Source of the DNA: Patescibacteria group bacterium
Lineage (GTDB): Bacteria > Patescibacteriota > Patescibacteriia > Magasanikbacterales > GWA2-37-8
Length of the DNA stretch: 64,000 nucleotides
Assembly (NCBI GenBank): GCA_041661385.1
Contig: JBAZUP010000001.1
Span: 209,692 to 273,691 of the forward strand
Direction: 5' to 3'
In this document: in pieces, positions 8,813-18,348 of the stretch
Layout: the number at the start of each line of letters is the position of its first letter
Numbering within the stretch: position 1 is the stretch's first letter
The notes under the pieces: generated by a model
Database searches by the model: none
Told to the model about the DNA's origin: nothing
What the model saw: only the letters and a program-made list of their open reading frames with translations
Program-made: the position numbers and the translations under genes

Positions 8813-9907
8813 TTACCAAAAAACTAGTAATTCTACAACCCTTTTATAAATTATCATGAGCGGATTAGCGATGTATCGAAGCAGCGGGCTGTCCATACCT
8901 TGTTTTTCGCCAAATTTAATATTCCCCGTAGTAAGCTTTAATAATTCTCGATCAGTAATTTTACGGATCACCTGGATCATTTCTCTCTTTTTAACCCACA
9001 ATTTCATATTATCTACCTTTAACCAATACTGATAAATTTTTATTTTTTCTCTAAACCAGCCTTTATAAATAAAAAATACCAGTAAACCAAGCTCCATAAA
9101 AATAAGCATCGGCAAAAGCAATATTAGCGTGCCGGTTTTATAATACATTAGCAGCACCGCATAGCGATTGCGTTCTAAGAAATAAAATTTGGAAGCGCTT
9201 CGGTTAAAAACATATTTATGAAAAAATTTCGCTGTTGAAACAATTACAACTTTATAACCGGTAATTTTTAAGCGTAAAGAATATTCAATATCTTCATGAT
9301 AAGCAAATAAATCTTCATTTAACTTACCATATTGCTTTACCAAACCTGCCCGCATCATGAGAGCGGCGCCACTTGCATAGCCGACTTCCGATACCGGAGG
9401 AAGTTTTATACTGCTTTCTTCTACTCCAAAATTTGGGATGAAGCCAAAACCGAGATAGTTGAATGAATTTCCGGCAGTATTAATTTTAGTTGTACCATGA
9501 AGCAAGATCAATGCTTGAGCGCAGCCAATCGTCTTGTCGGCCTCTAGCGCTTCAACCATTTTTTGAATACAGGTTTCACCAACATAACCGTCTTGATTGT
9601 GCCAAAAAATATAATCAAAGCCGTTTTTAACCGCCCAATCAATGCCAACGTTATTTCCACCGCAAAAACCTTTGTTTACAGTCTGGGGCAATATTATTAC
9701 TTCCGGTAATTCATTTTTTGAAAGCGGCAAAACAAGTTCCTCAATTTTTTTTATTGATGAACCAAACTCCGGATGTGGATTATCTACAATTACTAAAGCG
9801 GTTTTATCTTTTGGGTAAGTCGATTTCTTAAGCGCCTCAATCATTTCAGGCAAATATTCGTCTGAGTGATAGGAAAGATAGACAATCGCTACTTTTGGTT
9901 CATTCAT
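8813..9907 (-). CDS. Glycosyltransferase family 2 (with C-terminal TM helices)
   Basis: GT-A fold N-terminus (VAIVYLSYHSDEYLPEMIEAL...VIVDN). Confidence 0.65.
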   Translation of the reverse strand: MNEPKVAIVYLSYHSDEYLPEMIEALKKSTYPKDKTALVIVDNPHPEFGSSIKKIEELVLPLSKNELPEVIILPQTVNKGFCGGNNVGIDWAVKNGFDYIFWHNQDGYVGETCIQKMVEALEADKTIGCAQALILLHGTTKINTAGNSFNYLGFGFIPNFGVEESSIKLPPVSEVGYASGAALMMRAGLVKQYGKLNEDLFAYHEDIEYSLRLKITGYKVVIVSTAKFFHKYVFNRSASKFYFLERNRYAVLLMYYKTGTLILLLPMLIFMELGLLVFFIYKGWFREKIKIYQYWLKVDNMKLWVKKREMIQVIRKITDRELLKLTTGNIKFGEKQGMDSPLLRYIANPLMIIYKRVVELLVFW

Positions 9908-10734
9908 ATTTTAATAGCGTAATATTTAAAATTTCCGCGCCACTTCCACATATACTTTAACCAGCTCAAAATATGAACACGGGCAAGTTTGTTTTTGAAC
10001 AATGCTTTTATAACTTTGGGTTCCGAGGCTGAACCGCGTCCGTGTACATGTTCAATTTTTGCTTCCGGAAAATAATATACCGATAAGTTATTTTCCCAAA
10101 ATCTTCGACAAAGATCACTGTCTTCGTAATACATCCAGAATCGCTCGTCAAAATAACCGACTTTTTCAAAAGCCGCACCGCGAATAAACATCGCCGAACC
10201 CATGAGCCAATCTACCGGCCGTTTAAAATTATGTTCCACATCTTTCATAGTAAGATGACGGTGGTATTTTTTACCTCTTTCAGTATGAAGACGGGTTCTA
10301 GTAAATAACGGATGCCAAAAAGTCGGAAAACGATAACATGATAACTGTAAAGCTCCATCTGGATAAACGATTTTGGGGCCAGCCATACCGACCGAACTTT
10401 CTTTTTCCATGAAATTATATAATTTTCGCAAAACACTTTCGTTTGAAAAGAAGAAAGTATCGGGATTTAAAACAAAATAATAATTTGCTTTAACTGATTT
10501 TAAACCGATATTTTGCGCAGCACCAAAACCGCGATTTTCTTGAAGCAGTAATTTTTCCGCTTCCGGATATTTTTCAGAAAGCAGAGCAATACTGCCATCT
10601 GACGAGGCGTTATCAACTACAACAACTTTAACATTTAAGCCAGAAATTTTGATATCTGAATATAGCGAAGCAAGACAGCGGTCAATCTGCTCTTTTCCGT
10701 TAAAATTCACGATAACCACAACGACATCAAACAT
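9904..10734 (-). CDS. Glycosyltransferase family 2
   Basis: VVVIVNFNGKEQIDRCLASL...VVVDNASSDGS. Overlaps the downstream gene by 4 bp. Confidence 0.7.
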   Translation of the reverse strand: MFDVVVVIVNFNGKEQIDRCLASLYSDIKISGLNVKVVVVDNASSDGSIALLSEKYPEAEKLLLQENRGFGAAQNIGLKSVKANYYFVLNPDTFFFSNESVLRKLYNFMEKESSVGMAGPKIVYPDGALQLSCYRFPTFWHPLFTRTRLHTERGKKYHRHLTMKDVEHNFKRPVDWLMGSAMFIRGAAFEKVGYFDERFWMYYEDSDLCRRFWENNLSVYYFPEAKIEHVHGRGSASEPKVIKALFKNKLARVHILSWLKYMWKWRGNFKYYAIKI

Positions 10735-10737
10735 ATT

Positions 10738-11745
10738 TTATGCCCACCAACGCCCTAAATTTTTCCAGGATTCGCGAGTGATACTTTTAATTCTTTTGCG
10801 TTCAGCTTTCAGTTCTTCCCTTCTATTCCATAAATCCCTAATACCTTTTAAAATTTCCCTATCAAACCAAAAATTATATTTAAACTTTAATCCTTCATAC
10901 CAAAATATCAAGAAAAAATCAAGAATAAAGTTTGGCCATTGCTCATTTTTATAAATAGTAGCCAAGTGATTACGATAACTATTATATCGAATATAAAAAG
11001 GCTGCTTTTTCTTATTCTTAAATCTACCTAATAAAGACTTGTCTTCCGGTTCTTTAATACCCCGTTCATGATAGGCGGAAATACCGGTAAGCACCGCTGA
11101 ACCAAAACCGCCGAGCTGTAATTTCCACGCCAGATCGACATCTTCCTGATAAGAAAAATAACTTTCATCAAATAATTCACCGGGTCGGCATACAGCTCCA
11201 ACCGCTTGACGACTATAAATTGCAATAGCTGCTGATACCCCAAAAACATCATGTACCGGAGATTGTTCAAATACTTCATTTTGAAAATTTTTTCCGGCGC
11301 TAATATCGACAACTTGTCTATTTTTTCTAATCTGCAAACCAAGCGAGTCGATAATTGTTGTTTTAGTTCCATTTTGCATCCGAAGCAAACGCGGTGAAAC
11401 CGAACCAACTTTCGGATTTTTATCGAGATAATTGGTTAATTTTTCAAAAACCTCCGTTTCCAAAATAAGGTCCTGATTAATCACCGCAACATACGGCGAA
11501 GATGATTCGCGAAATAGAAAACTGTGAGCCGGAGCAAAACCGATATTTTTATTTTTAATAAAAATTCTAACCGGAACGCCAATTTTATCTTTTTGTTCGT
11601 TTATAAATTCAACCGATCGATCGGTAGAGCCGTTATCTAATATAAGCAACTCCCAATCTATGAAACTTTGACTCTTTAGGGAATCAAATAAGGCGGGTAA
11701 ATATTTTTCGCCATTCCATGTAACTAATTGAACACTAAGCTTCAT
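10738..11745 (-). CDS. Glycosyltransferase family 2
   Basis: MKLSVQLVTWNGEKYLPALFDSLKSQ...LDNGSTD. The ORF-track start is a TTG 27 bp upstream. The ATG at 11745 lies at the edge of repeat copy 1. Confidence 0.7.
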   Translation of the reverse strand: MKLSVQLVTWNGEKYLPALFDSLKSQSFIDWELLILDNGSTDRSVEFINEQKDKIGVPVRIFIKNKNIGFAPAHSFLFRESSSPYVAVINQDLILETEVFEKLTNYLDKNPKVGSVSPRLLRMQNGTKTTIIDSLGLQIRKNRQVVDISAGKNFQNEVFEQSPVHDVFGVSAAIAIYSRQAVGAVCRPGELFDESYFSYQEDVDLAWKLQLGGFGSAVLTGISAYHERGIKEPEDKSLLGRFKNKKKQPFYIRYNSYRNHLATIYKNEQWPNFILDFFLIFWYEGLKFKYNFWFDREILKGIRDLWNRREELKAERKRIKSITRESWKNLGRWWA

Positions 11746-11883
11746 AATCGTAATGAGTGAGTATAATGACAAATTTATTTGTCATTATCGAGCGAATTAG
11801 TTTATATCGGAGATATAATCGTAATGAGTGAGTATAATGACAAATTTATTTGTCATTATCGAGCGAATTAGTTTATATCGGAG
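11744..11883. repeat. Perfect tandem direct repeat: two 69-bp copies (11744-11812 and 11815-11883) separated by 2 bp (period 71 bp), each containing a 10-bp inverted repeat
   Basis: Copies are identical by eye: ATAATCGTAATGAGTGAGTATAATGACAAATTTATTTGTCATTATCGAGCGAATTAGTTTATATCGGAG. The internal palindrome is TAATGACAAA-TTTA-TTTGTCATTA. Copy 1 abuts the GT2 start codon and copy 2 overlaps the stop of the upstream GT2. Confidence 0.9.
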
Positions 11884-12737
11884 TTATTATCATGTACTAA
11901 ATCAATAACCCAGGTCACAGCGAGCACGAACGCTGCTATTATCGCGAGACAAATTCCCGCGAGAAACGATTCCCATTTAAAAAAATAATTTATCAAACTC
12001 TTTGCAAATTGATATTGTTTCCAAAATAACTTTTGTTTCGCGAAGCTTCTTCCTCCAAAATCTATTGCCTTAGCATCTGGAGTAAACCAAACTTCATAGC
12101 CAAGTTTTTTTGCCTCTTGGCACAAATCAACATCCTCAAACCAAATAAAAAATCTTTCATCAAATAATTTACCAAGATTACTATAAACCTCTCGGCTCAC
12201 CAGCATAAATGAGCCCTGCACACTATCTACTGCTTGCGCCTTTGAAAAATCAAATCCTGTTTGTAAATATTCATTCAGTAATTTGGGAAATATATGATGA
12301 ATTTTTAACAGTATTACCAGCTGATCAAAAAATTTCGGAAAACGACGCGGCAAAGCATTATTTTTTATGACGCCGGCTTCATTATACAAAGCCCCGCCAA
12401 CGATGCCGGCTTTGGGGTGCTGCTTTGCAAATTCAATCAATTTCTTTAAACTCCCCTCACCCACTTCCATATCGGGATTCAAAAGCAAAAAATATTTTCC
12501 ACTAGATTTTTTTACTAACTCATTATTAGCAGCCGCAAAACCGAGATTTTTAGAAAAAACTGTTAACGCTAAATCCGGAAATTTTTTTCTAATCTCGGTA
12601 ACTGTACCGTCGACAGAATTATTATCTGCCACCAGCTGCTCATAACTCAAACCGTCTGAACCTTTTTTAACCGATTCGAACTGCCTCAAAACAAAATCAG
12701 CCGAATTCCAGGTTACGGTAAGAATTGAGACATCCAT
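11868..12737 (-). CDS. Glycosyltransferase family 2
   Basis: MDVSILTVTWNSADFVLRQFESV...LVADNNSVDGT. The stop codon lies inside repeat copy 2. Confidence 0.7.
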   Translation of the reverse strand: MDVSILTVTWNSADFVLRQFESVKKGSDGLSYEQLVADNNSVDGTVTEIRKKFPDLALTVFSKNLGFAAANNELVKKSSGKYFLLLNPDMEVGEGSLKKLIEFAKQHPKAGIVGGALYNEAGVIKNNALPRRFPKFFDQLVILLKIHHIFPKLLNEYLQTGFDFSKAQAVDSVQGSFMLVSREVYSNLGKLFDERFFIWFEDVDLCQEAKKLGYEVWFTPDAKAIDFGGRSFAKQKLFWKQYQFAKSLINYFFKWESFLAGICLAIIAAFVLAVTWVIDLVHDNNSDIN

Positions 12738-12810
12738 AGTCGAAATGAGTAAAAGAAATGAAAAAATTTTATTTTTCTTAACAAATGAGAATATAGCGAG
12801 GCCCCGATAA

Positions 12811-13881
12811 TTATTTCGTCTTGAGAGCCAGCTTAAGAAAATCTACGGTCGGAATAGCCGTCGGATCAATTCCTTCAATGATGGCAGTATAAAAACTTAG
12901 ATAACTGCTAAAAACCAATACTTCTATCGTTTCCAACAATTTATTTTTTTCTTTACAGCGATAAGTCAAAAACTGTTTAGCGTGTCGAACTAAAATATTT
13001 TTTGTAACCTGATATCGTTTTTGCACCCGTTTGTCATACAAATCCGATTCGATAAACGCAAAAGTTTCATTTTCACCAGCAGGAAATGTTAACCCTTCAA
13101 GCAAATGATGATTTAGTTCAGGGATAAGAAAATACCCGCCGAACCGCTTAGAATTTTCATTAAGCTGATTAGCCGCCACATGCACGCTGCCCGCCAAATG
13201 CGCTGAGCCAACATACCAAACCGGACCGCGTAATAACGCGGATGCAAACTGTTTCGCCAAATTCTTCTGTTCTCCGTTTTTCGGACCAAATAATTTTTGA
13301 TATTTTTTGGCGGTATTTACAACCTTGTCCAAAGTAATTCCTGAAAGTTTAACTTGCTTTAATCTGATTAACAAAAGTAATGGCCCAAAAATTGTATAAC
13401 CGAGACCCATTCGCGGTGAACCGCAAGGATTGTTTTGTGTACCAAATATTAAAGCGGGAATTTTATTTTTTTGTGAAATTTTAGAAAGCTCCCCATTTGA
13501 GGTGATAATAATTATTTTGGCCTTGCGTTTTCTGGCCTTTTCAAGCGCTGACAAAGTTTCCTCAGTTGAACCTGAATAACTAACCGCAAAAACCAAGGTA
13601 TCTTTGGTTAAGGTGCCAGGAATATCATAACCATTTACAACCTCCAAAGGTATTTGCAGTTCATTTTCATAAACGGAACGAATAACATGCGCTCCAAGAG
13701 TTGAACCTCCCATGCCAAGAAAAATGATATTTTTAAATTTCTTATAATTACCGGGAATTTTGATCTTTCTCACTTCATCATGAACCTGTTTGATTTGATT
13801 GGAAAGCTTTTCAATACTTCCAGCCATATTCATGGAATCAAGACGTTTAATTTCATTGATGCTATCGAGGTTTGCTTGCAT
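12811..13881 (-). CDS. SIS-domain bifunctional phosphoglucose/phosphomannose isomerase (archaeal-type PGI/PMI)
   Basis: FLGMGGSTLGAHVI SIS motif. About 350 aa with a second SIS-like half. Confidence 0.6.
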   Translation of the reverse strand: MQANLDSINEIKRLDSMNMAGSIEKLSNQIKQVHDEVRKIKIPGNYKKFKNIIFLGMGGSTLGAHVIRSVYENELQIPLEVVNGYDIPGTLTKDTLVFAVSYSGSTEETLSALEKARKRKAKIIIITSNGELSKISQKNKIPALIFGTQNNPCGSPRMGLGYTIFGPLLLLIRLKQVKLSGITLDKVVNTAKKYQKLFGPKNGEQKNLAKQFASALLRGPVWYVGSAHLAGSVHVAANQLNENSKRFGGYFLIPELNHHLLEGLTFPAGENETFAFIESDLYDKRVQKRYQVTKNILVRHAKQFLTYRCKEKNKLLETIEVLVFSSYLSFYTAIIEGIDPTAIPTVDFLKLALKTK

Positions 13882-13957
13882 AAAATAGATAATAAATTCG
13901 AGTTTAGTTTAGCAAAAAAACCGCCACTTGTAAACAAATGACGGTTAATTTATTTCT

Positions 13958-16078
13958 TTAAGCTAATACCGGTTTTTGAGCAAATTCCTTTACTTCTGAT
14001 TCATCTTTGAAAGCATGCGGGTATTTTGCAACCAGATAATCACGCAAGGCTTTTTCCCATGGTCTAACGGTGTTTACTTTTTCAGCAATAAGGCGTTTGG
14101 AAATTAGACATTCTCGTTTTGGTCTTGGAGTATAGAAAGTTTCGGAAAAATAATCAGACGAAACCGGTTTCACCTTAATTTCTGATTCATAACCAAGTAA
14201 AGAAACAATTTTTTCGGCAATCTCAAATCTACTGGCGGCACCGGGTGAAACCAGATGATAAATTCCGTTGGCTTTTTTATCAAGTAACACATTTATGGTG
14301 CGAGCGACATCCGGCGCATAAGAAAGCGTTCCGAATTTATCATTTACAACGTTTAATTCCTGGCTGCCGGAAGTAATTTGCGAAACCAATTTGCCGACAA
14401 ATTTTTTATCATATTTTGGACCCCCGCCAATCAACCATCCGAGGCGTAAAATTAAATGCTTTGGCGCATAATATTGCGTCATAAGTTCGCCCATATGCTT
14501 GGTTAAACCGTAGACGTTTAAAGGCAGCGGTTCATCATGTTCAGTGTACCAATCGCTACTGCCATCAAAAATATTTGCCGAACTGGTATACACTAATGTT
14601 GCACCATATTTAGCGGCAAGTTGAGCCATGGTTTTGGTAGCGAGTGTGTTTACCGTATAAGCTAACGGCAAATTTTTCTCACACGCTTCCAAATCCGTCA
14701 TAGCAGCAAGATGAACGATATAATCCGGCTTAAATTCCGAAATAATTTTTTCGGCATCGGCAAAATTAGTTACATCCAATTCTGATTGCCAATTTTCTGT
14801 CGGGTGCTTGGTGGTAGCGCAAACTAAGTATTTTCCTGAAAAAGAGTCATACAAAGTTCTACCAAGCGCCCCATCCGTGCCGGTAATAAGCATCTTTTTC
14901 CTTCCAACTTTTTCATCTTGTTCGGCTTCTAAAATTTGCTTAGCAGATTCCTTAGTTAGTGACTTGATCAATTTAAAATATTCAAAAGCTATCTTGTCCC
15001 AACTATATAATACCATCGCGCGTTGGGCAGATTTTAATCCAAGTTCAATTATTTCTTCACGGTGATCTGAAGCGTATTCAAACTGCCTGGCAAGCGAAGG
15101 AACATCCATTGAAAAGAATAACCCGGCATCTCCAAGAGGTTCACGATTTTCCTTTTTGTCGTTTGCGATCACACAAACCGCCCTACCCATCGCTTCGATA
15201 AGCGCTGGAGAATGTCCGCCTACTTCGGCGGCCCGCACATAACATAATGAATTTTTAACTAATTGTTTATAACGCTGACCAAACAAAAACCCGGTAAAAA
15301 TTACATTTTTTCCGGCATTCATTTTTATTTCTTCCACCAATTCCGGAGAGTAGCGGTTATCACCCACCATTACCAAGGGTAATTTACTACCGGATGCAGC
15401 GTGCGCCCTTACTACCAAAAGCGGATTATTTTCCGGTTCAAACCGGGCAACGTAAATAAAATATTTTTTGTAAAGCAATTTAAATTCATCAAGCACATCA
15501 ATGTCAGGTGTTTGTTCAGTTTCGATTTCGGTGCCATAAGGAATAAAAGCACTCGACATTCCCCGTTCTTTTTTATAAAACTCCTGCACACTGCCGGCAT
15601 CTGTTACAATTTGATGTGAAGCAATACCTGCGAGGTATGAACAAAGTTTTAAATAGGTACGAGCAAACTTGCCCCATTTTTTACGATGCCAATCCAGCCC
15701 ATCCACGCAAAATACAACTTTCTTTCCAAGAATTTTTGCCAGCAATGCAAACGGCGCATTTCCAACATTTACAACAATTACAACTGAAGCGGTATTATAT
15801 ATAAACACATGCAGTACGCTGATCAAAGAATGAAAAAGCGTATCCAAACTTTTACGCGCAATAGTTGGTAAATAAAATAACTTCACGCCTTTATATTCAA
15901 CGGGTTTGTTTTCAAAATAATTGGATCGGCAATATACCGAAACATCAGCGCCGAGCCCTTTTAGATTAACCGCAAGCTCTTCTGCAAGAGTTTCAAAACC
16001 ACCGTAAGAATTAGGAATTCCTCGGTGACCGAGAATAGCAATGCGAATTGGCTGAGTTTTTGTAGTAGTTTTCTCCAT
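13958..16078 (-). CDS. Fusion protein: GT4 glycosyltransferase (DUF1972/RgpA-like putative rhamnosyltransferase) plus dTDP-4-dehydrorhamnose reductase (RmlD)
   Basis: N-terminal roughly 390 aa read IRIAILGHRGIPNSYGGFETLAEEL... with a GT-B C-terminal half. The C-terminal roughly 310 aa read KMLITGTDGALGRTL (Rossmann fold) ... NVYGLTKHMGE (RmlD Y-x-x-x-K) ... RLGWLIGGG. Confidence 0.65.
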   Translation of the reverse strand: MEKTTTKTQPIRIAILGHRGIPNSYGGFETLAEELAVNLKGLGADVSVYCRSNYFENKPVEYKGVKLFYLPTIARKSLDTLFHSLISVLHVFIYNTASVVIVVNVGNAPFALLAKILGKKVVFCVDGLDWHRKKWGKFARTYLKLCSYLAGIASHQIVTDAGSVQEFYKKERGMSSAFIPYGTEIETEQTPDIDVLDEFKLLYKKYFIYVARFEPENNPLLVVRAHAASGSKLPLVMVGDNRYSPELVEEIKMNAGKNVIFTGFLFGQRYKQLVKNSLCYVRAAEVGGHSPALIEAMGRAVCVIANDKKENREPLGDAGLFFSMDVPSLARQFEYASDHREEIIELGLKSAQRAMVLYSWDKIAFEYFKLIKSLTKESAKQILEAEQDEKVGRKKMLITGTDGALGRTLYDSFSGKYLVCATTKHPTENWQSELDVTNFADAEKIISEFKPDYIVHLAAMTDLEACEKNLPLAYTVNTLATKTMAQLAAKYGATLVYTSSANIFDGSSDWYTEHDEPLPLNVYGLTKHMGELMTQYYAPKHLILRLGWLIGGGPKYDKKFVGKLVSQITSGSQELNVVNDKFGTLSYAPDVARTINVLLDKKANGIYHLVSPGAASRFEIAEKIVSLLGYESEIKVKPVSSDYFSETFYTPRPKRECLISKRLIAEKVNTVRPWEKALRDYLVAKYPHAFKDESEVKEFAQKPVLA

Positions 16079-16179
16079 ATTTCCGCTAATATTAGCGTAA
16101 ACCTAAACTTGATACGGAACAAATAATTATACATCAAAAAAGACCCTTTGTCAAGGGTCTTTTGAAAACGATTTTTTAC

Positions 16180-16488
16180 CTATTTCTTTAAATCTTTTTG
16201 TACTTCCTTCCATCTCTTTTTTAATTCCCTGAGAAGCATTACTTTAACTTCTTCTGCCAACTCTTTCTTTACTGCGTATTCCTCTACTGCTCTTTCTACT
16301 AACGCATCATACATATCTTTGGTTGGGCCCTCCAGCTGTTTCAGACTCGCTTTTAATTCATTAAACAGCGGCTCAAGATGATTGGCCAACTTTGAGCGCA
16401 TTTCTTTGCCTTTAGGCGTGGCATTTAGCCACATGAGTGACGCTCCAAGTAAACCTCCTAAAAATAGACCCTTTTTAAATCTTCCCAT
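16180..16488 (-). CDS. YtxH-like small membrane-anchored protein
   Basis: GLFLGGLLGASLMWLNATPKGKEMRSKL followed by a charged coiled-coil tail. Confidence 0.5.
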   Translation of the reverse strand: MGRFKKGLFLGGLLGASLMWLNATPKGKEMRSKLANHLEPLFNELKASLKQLEGPTKDMYDALVERAVEEYAVKKELAEEVKVMLLRELKKRWKEVQKDLKK

Positions 16489-16564
16489 ATGGAGATAGTT
16501 CGTTAGTTAGAGAATTTAAATATATGAAAGGGATTCTTTGACAAGCTCTAAATTATAATCTGGA

Positions 16565-17446
16565 TCAGGTTCCACAGCCAGCGCTAGCAGTATTTCCAGC
16601 GGCTGCTGATAGACCGAAACCTGGCTGAAATGAGGTGCCTGGTAAGGTAGTGTTACATTCCGCAGGTGCATTGGTAAAGGCCGCGCAAATTGCCTGTTTT
16701 ACAGCTTCTGGAGTGCGTCCAGCTTCAGACTGTACGCCATTGATTACGAGAGTCGGTGAACCCTGTACTCCGTATTTGGCATTTTCAGTTTGATTGATTG
16801 GAAACATCGGATACTGACCGGAGAGCCAAGATGCTTTGTCATTAAATTTAGCCATGATGCCAAATTGCTTATCGGTTTTAGCATAGCAACTATCAAGAGC
16901 GGATACATTTACTCCGGCGGAAGTTAGACATTGTTTATAATTTGCAGGCTGACCGTCATTTTGCCCGGCAGAAAAGAAACAATTTAGATAAGCGCTGTAC
17001 TTCGCTGGCTGTTCTTTACTAATACAATACTGGCGGGTATTTTCTTCGACTTCTTTCTGACCATGCATGGCGTAACTGACATACTTAATTGAAATGTCTG
17101 CTTTATCCTTCAATAAATTCCATGCCGGTAAGAAAGCTTTTTCCATCTGCAAACCATAAGGGCAATACGACATCACGAATAATTCGACAGTTGGTTTGGC
17201 GGTCTTAGGAACATTGGCAGCCGGTTGCTGCTGGGCTGGTTGCTGTGCTTGTTGTTGCGATGGCTGATTGGCTGCAACATAATTAGAATCCGTGGTCTTG
17301 CCAACATTTACCTTACCCGTAAGGGTTAGATAACCAAGAATAATAAAACCGAGGGTACCGAGGGTGAGAAGCCCACCAACAGCCCCAACGATTAGAGCGC
17401 TTTTGGGATCCAAAAGCTCAAATAAACTTTTTTTGTCTTGCGACAT
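16565..17446 (-). CDS. Membrane-anchored thioredoxin-fold (DsbA-like) protein with a Q/P-rich linker
   Basis: N-terminal TM helix, a QPSQQQAQQPAQQQP low-complexity linker, then FVMSYCPYG (a CPxG/monothiol thioredoxin-like motif) and several further Cys. Confidence 0.4.
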   Translation of the reverse strand: MSQDKKSLFELLDPKSALIVGAVGGLLTLGTLGFIILGYLTLTGKVNVGKTTDSNYVAANQPSQQQAQQPAQQQPAANVPKTAKPTVELFVMSYCPYGLQMEKAFLPAWNLLKDKADISIKYVSYAMHGQKEVEENTRQYCISKEQPAKYSAYLNCFFSAGQNDGQPANYKQCLTSAGVNVSALDSCYAKTDKQFGIMAKFNDKASWLSGQYPMFPINQTENAKYGVQGSPTLVINGVQSEAGRTPEAVKQAICAAFTNAPAECNTTLPGTSFQPGFGLSAAAGNTASAGCGT

Positions 17447-17535
17447 AAATAAAATAGAAAAATAAATAAGGTAGATATTATTATAGTACTTTTTTAACGC
17501 TCAGGCAATACAAATTGTCAAGCTAACCCCCTGGG

Positions 17536-18348
17536 TTATTTTGGTTTGATTGCGGTGATGTGAAGATTTGGCGAAGGAATGTATTGTAATATTAAACTTT
17601 CTATATAAACAAGGCCATTTATGCACTTTTTAAAAAATTTAATGATTGCTGACTCATTATTTTCAGTAAAAAATTGTTCATTATTAATCTGTTTTCCCGT
17701 TTGTTTCTTCGCTTTTGCTTCCATTGCAAAAAAAGCCGCAATCCCAATTAACTGCCCTAGGACATGTTCACTATATTTTATTGAATAATTAAAACCGAAT
17801 TTATTTAGCGTTATTAAAATATCATTTTTTGAAAAGTAATTAATATGGCCTGCATATTTATTTGTAAGATTTTTTCCAATATTTAATTTTCGAAGCCAAT
17901 TCCAAAATGATACTTTACTTCCTTCGCATGGCACAAAGATATAAAGCACCCCACCCGGCTTCAAAACTCTTTGGGCCTCAGATAAGATCTGTTGCCAATT
18001 TTCTACATGCTCAAGAACATCTAATATAATTACCGCGTCAAAAAAATTATTCTCCCTCGGCAGCAATTCACCAGTCTGACAAAAATATTCAACACCATCT
18101 TTAGTTTCGCGCGCGGCGTTTATTGCATTCACGCTAATATCAACACCCTGACAAATTAATTCTGGCCGAATTAATTTTATACCACGTATAAACTGACCGG
18201 CTCCACAGCCGATTTCCAAAACTTTATCACCCGATTTAAGAATTTTAAGAGCTCGTAAGGCGTGCCCCAAACGGATACTGGTCGGATCGCTAATTTTTGT
18301 TGATGCGGTTCCCCTGCCCCAAACGGATTTTTCGTAATCAAAACTCAT
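17536..18348 (-). CDS. Class I SAM-dependent methyltransferase
   Basis: VLEIGCGAGQF (motif I) and IILDVLEHVEN. Confidence 0.65.
   Translation of the reverse strand: MSFDYEKSVWGRGTASTKISDPTSIRLGHALRALKILKSGDKVLEIGCGAGQFIRGIKLIRPELICQGVDISVNAINAARETKDGVEYFCQTGELLPRENNFFDAVIILDVLEHVENWQQILSEAQRVLKPGGVLYIFVPCEGSKVSFWNWLRKLNIGKNLTNKYAGHINYFSKNDILITLNKFGFNYSIKYSEHVLGQLIGIAAFFAMEAKAKKQTGKQINNEQFFTENNESAIIKFFKKCINGLVYIESLILQYIPSPNLHITAIKPK

Noticed and set aside
11744-11883. Fur-box, MITE or CRISPR interpretation of the 69-bp repeat
   Set aside because: The ends GATAATGA...TCATTATC resemble a Fur box, but the centre carries about 9 extra nt, so it is not a canonical 19-bp box. There are no terminal inverted repeats or target-site duplication for a MITE. 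With only two identical copies and no unique spacers it is not a CRISPR array.
16489-16564. TTGACA...TATAAT on the plus strand between ytxH-like and thioredoxin-like genes
   Set aside because: The hexamer spacing is only 10 nt and it is on the non-coding strand relative to neighbouring genes.
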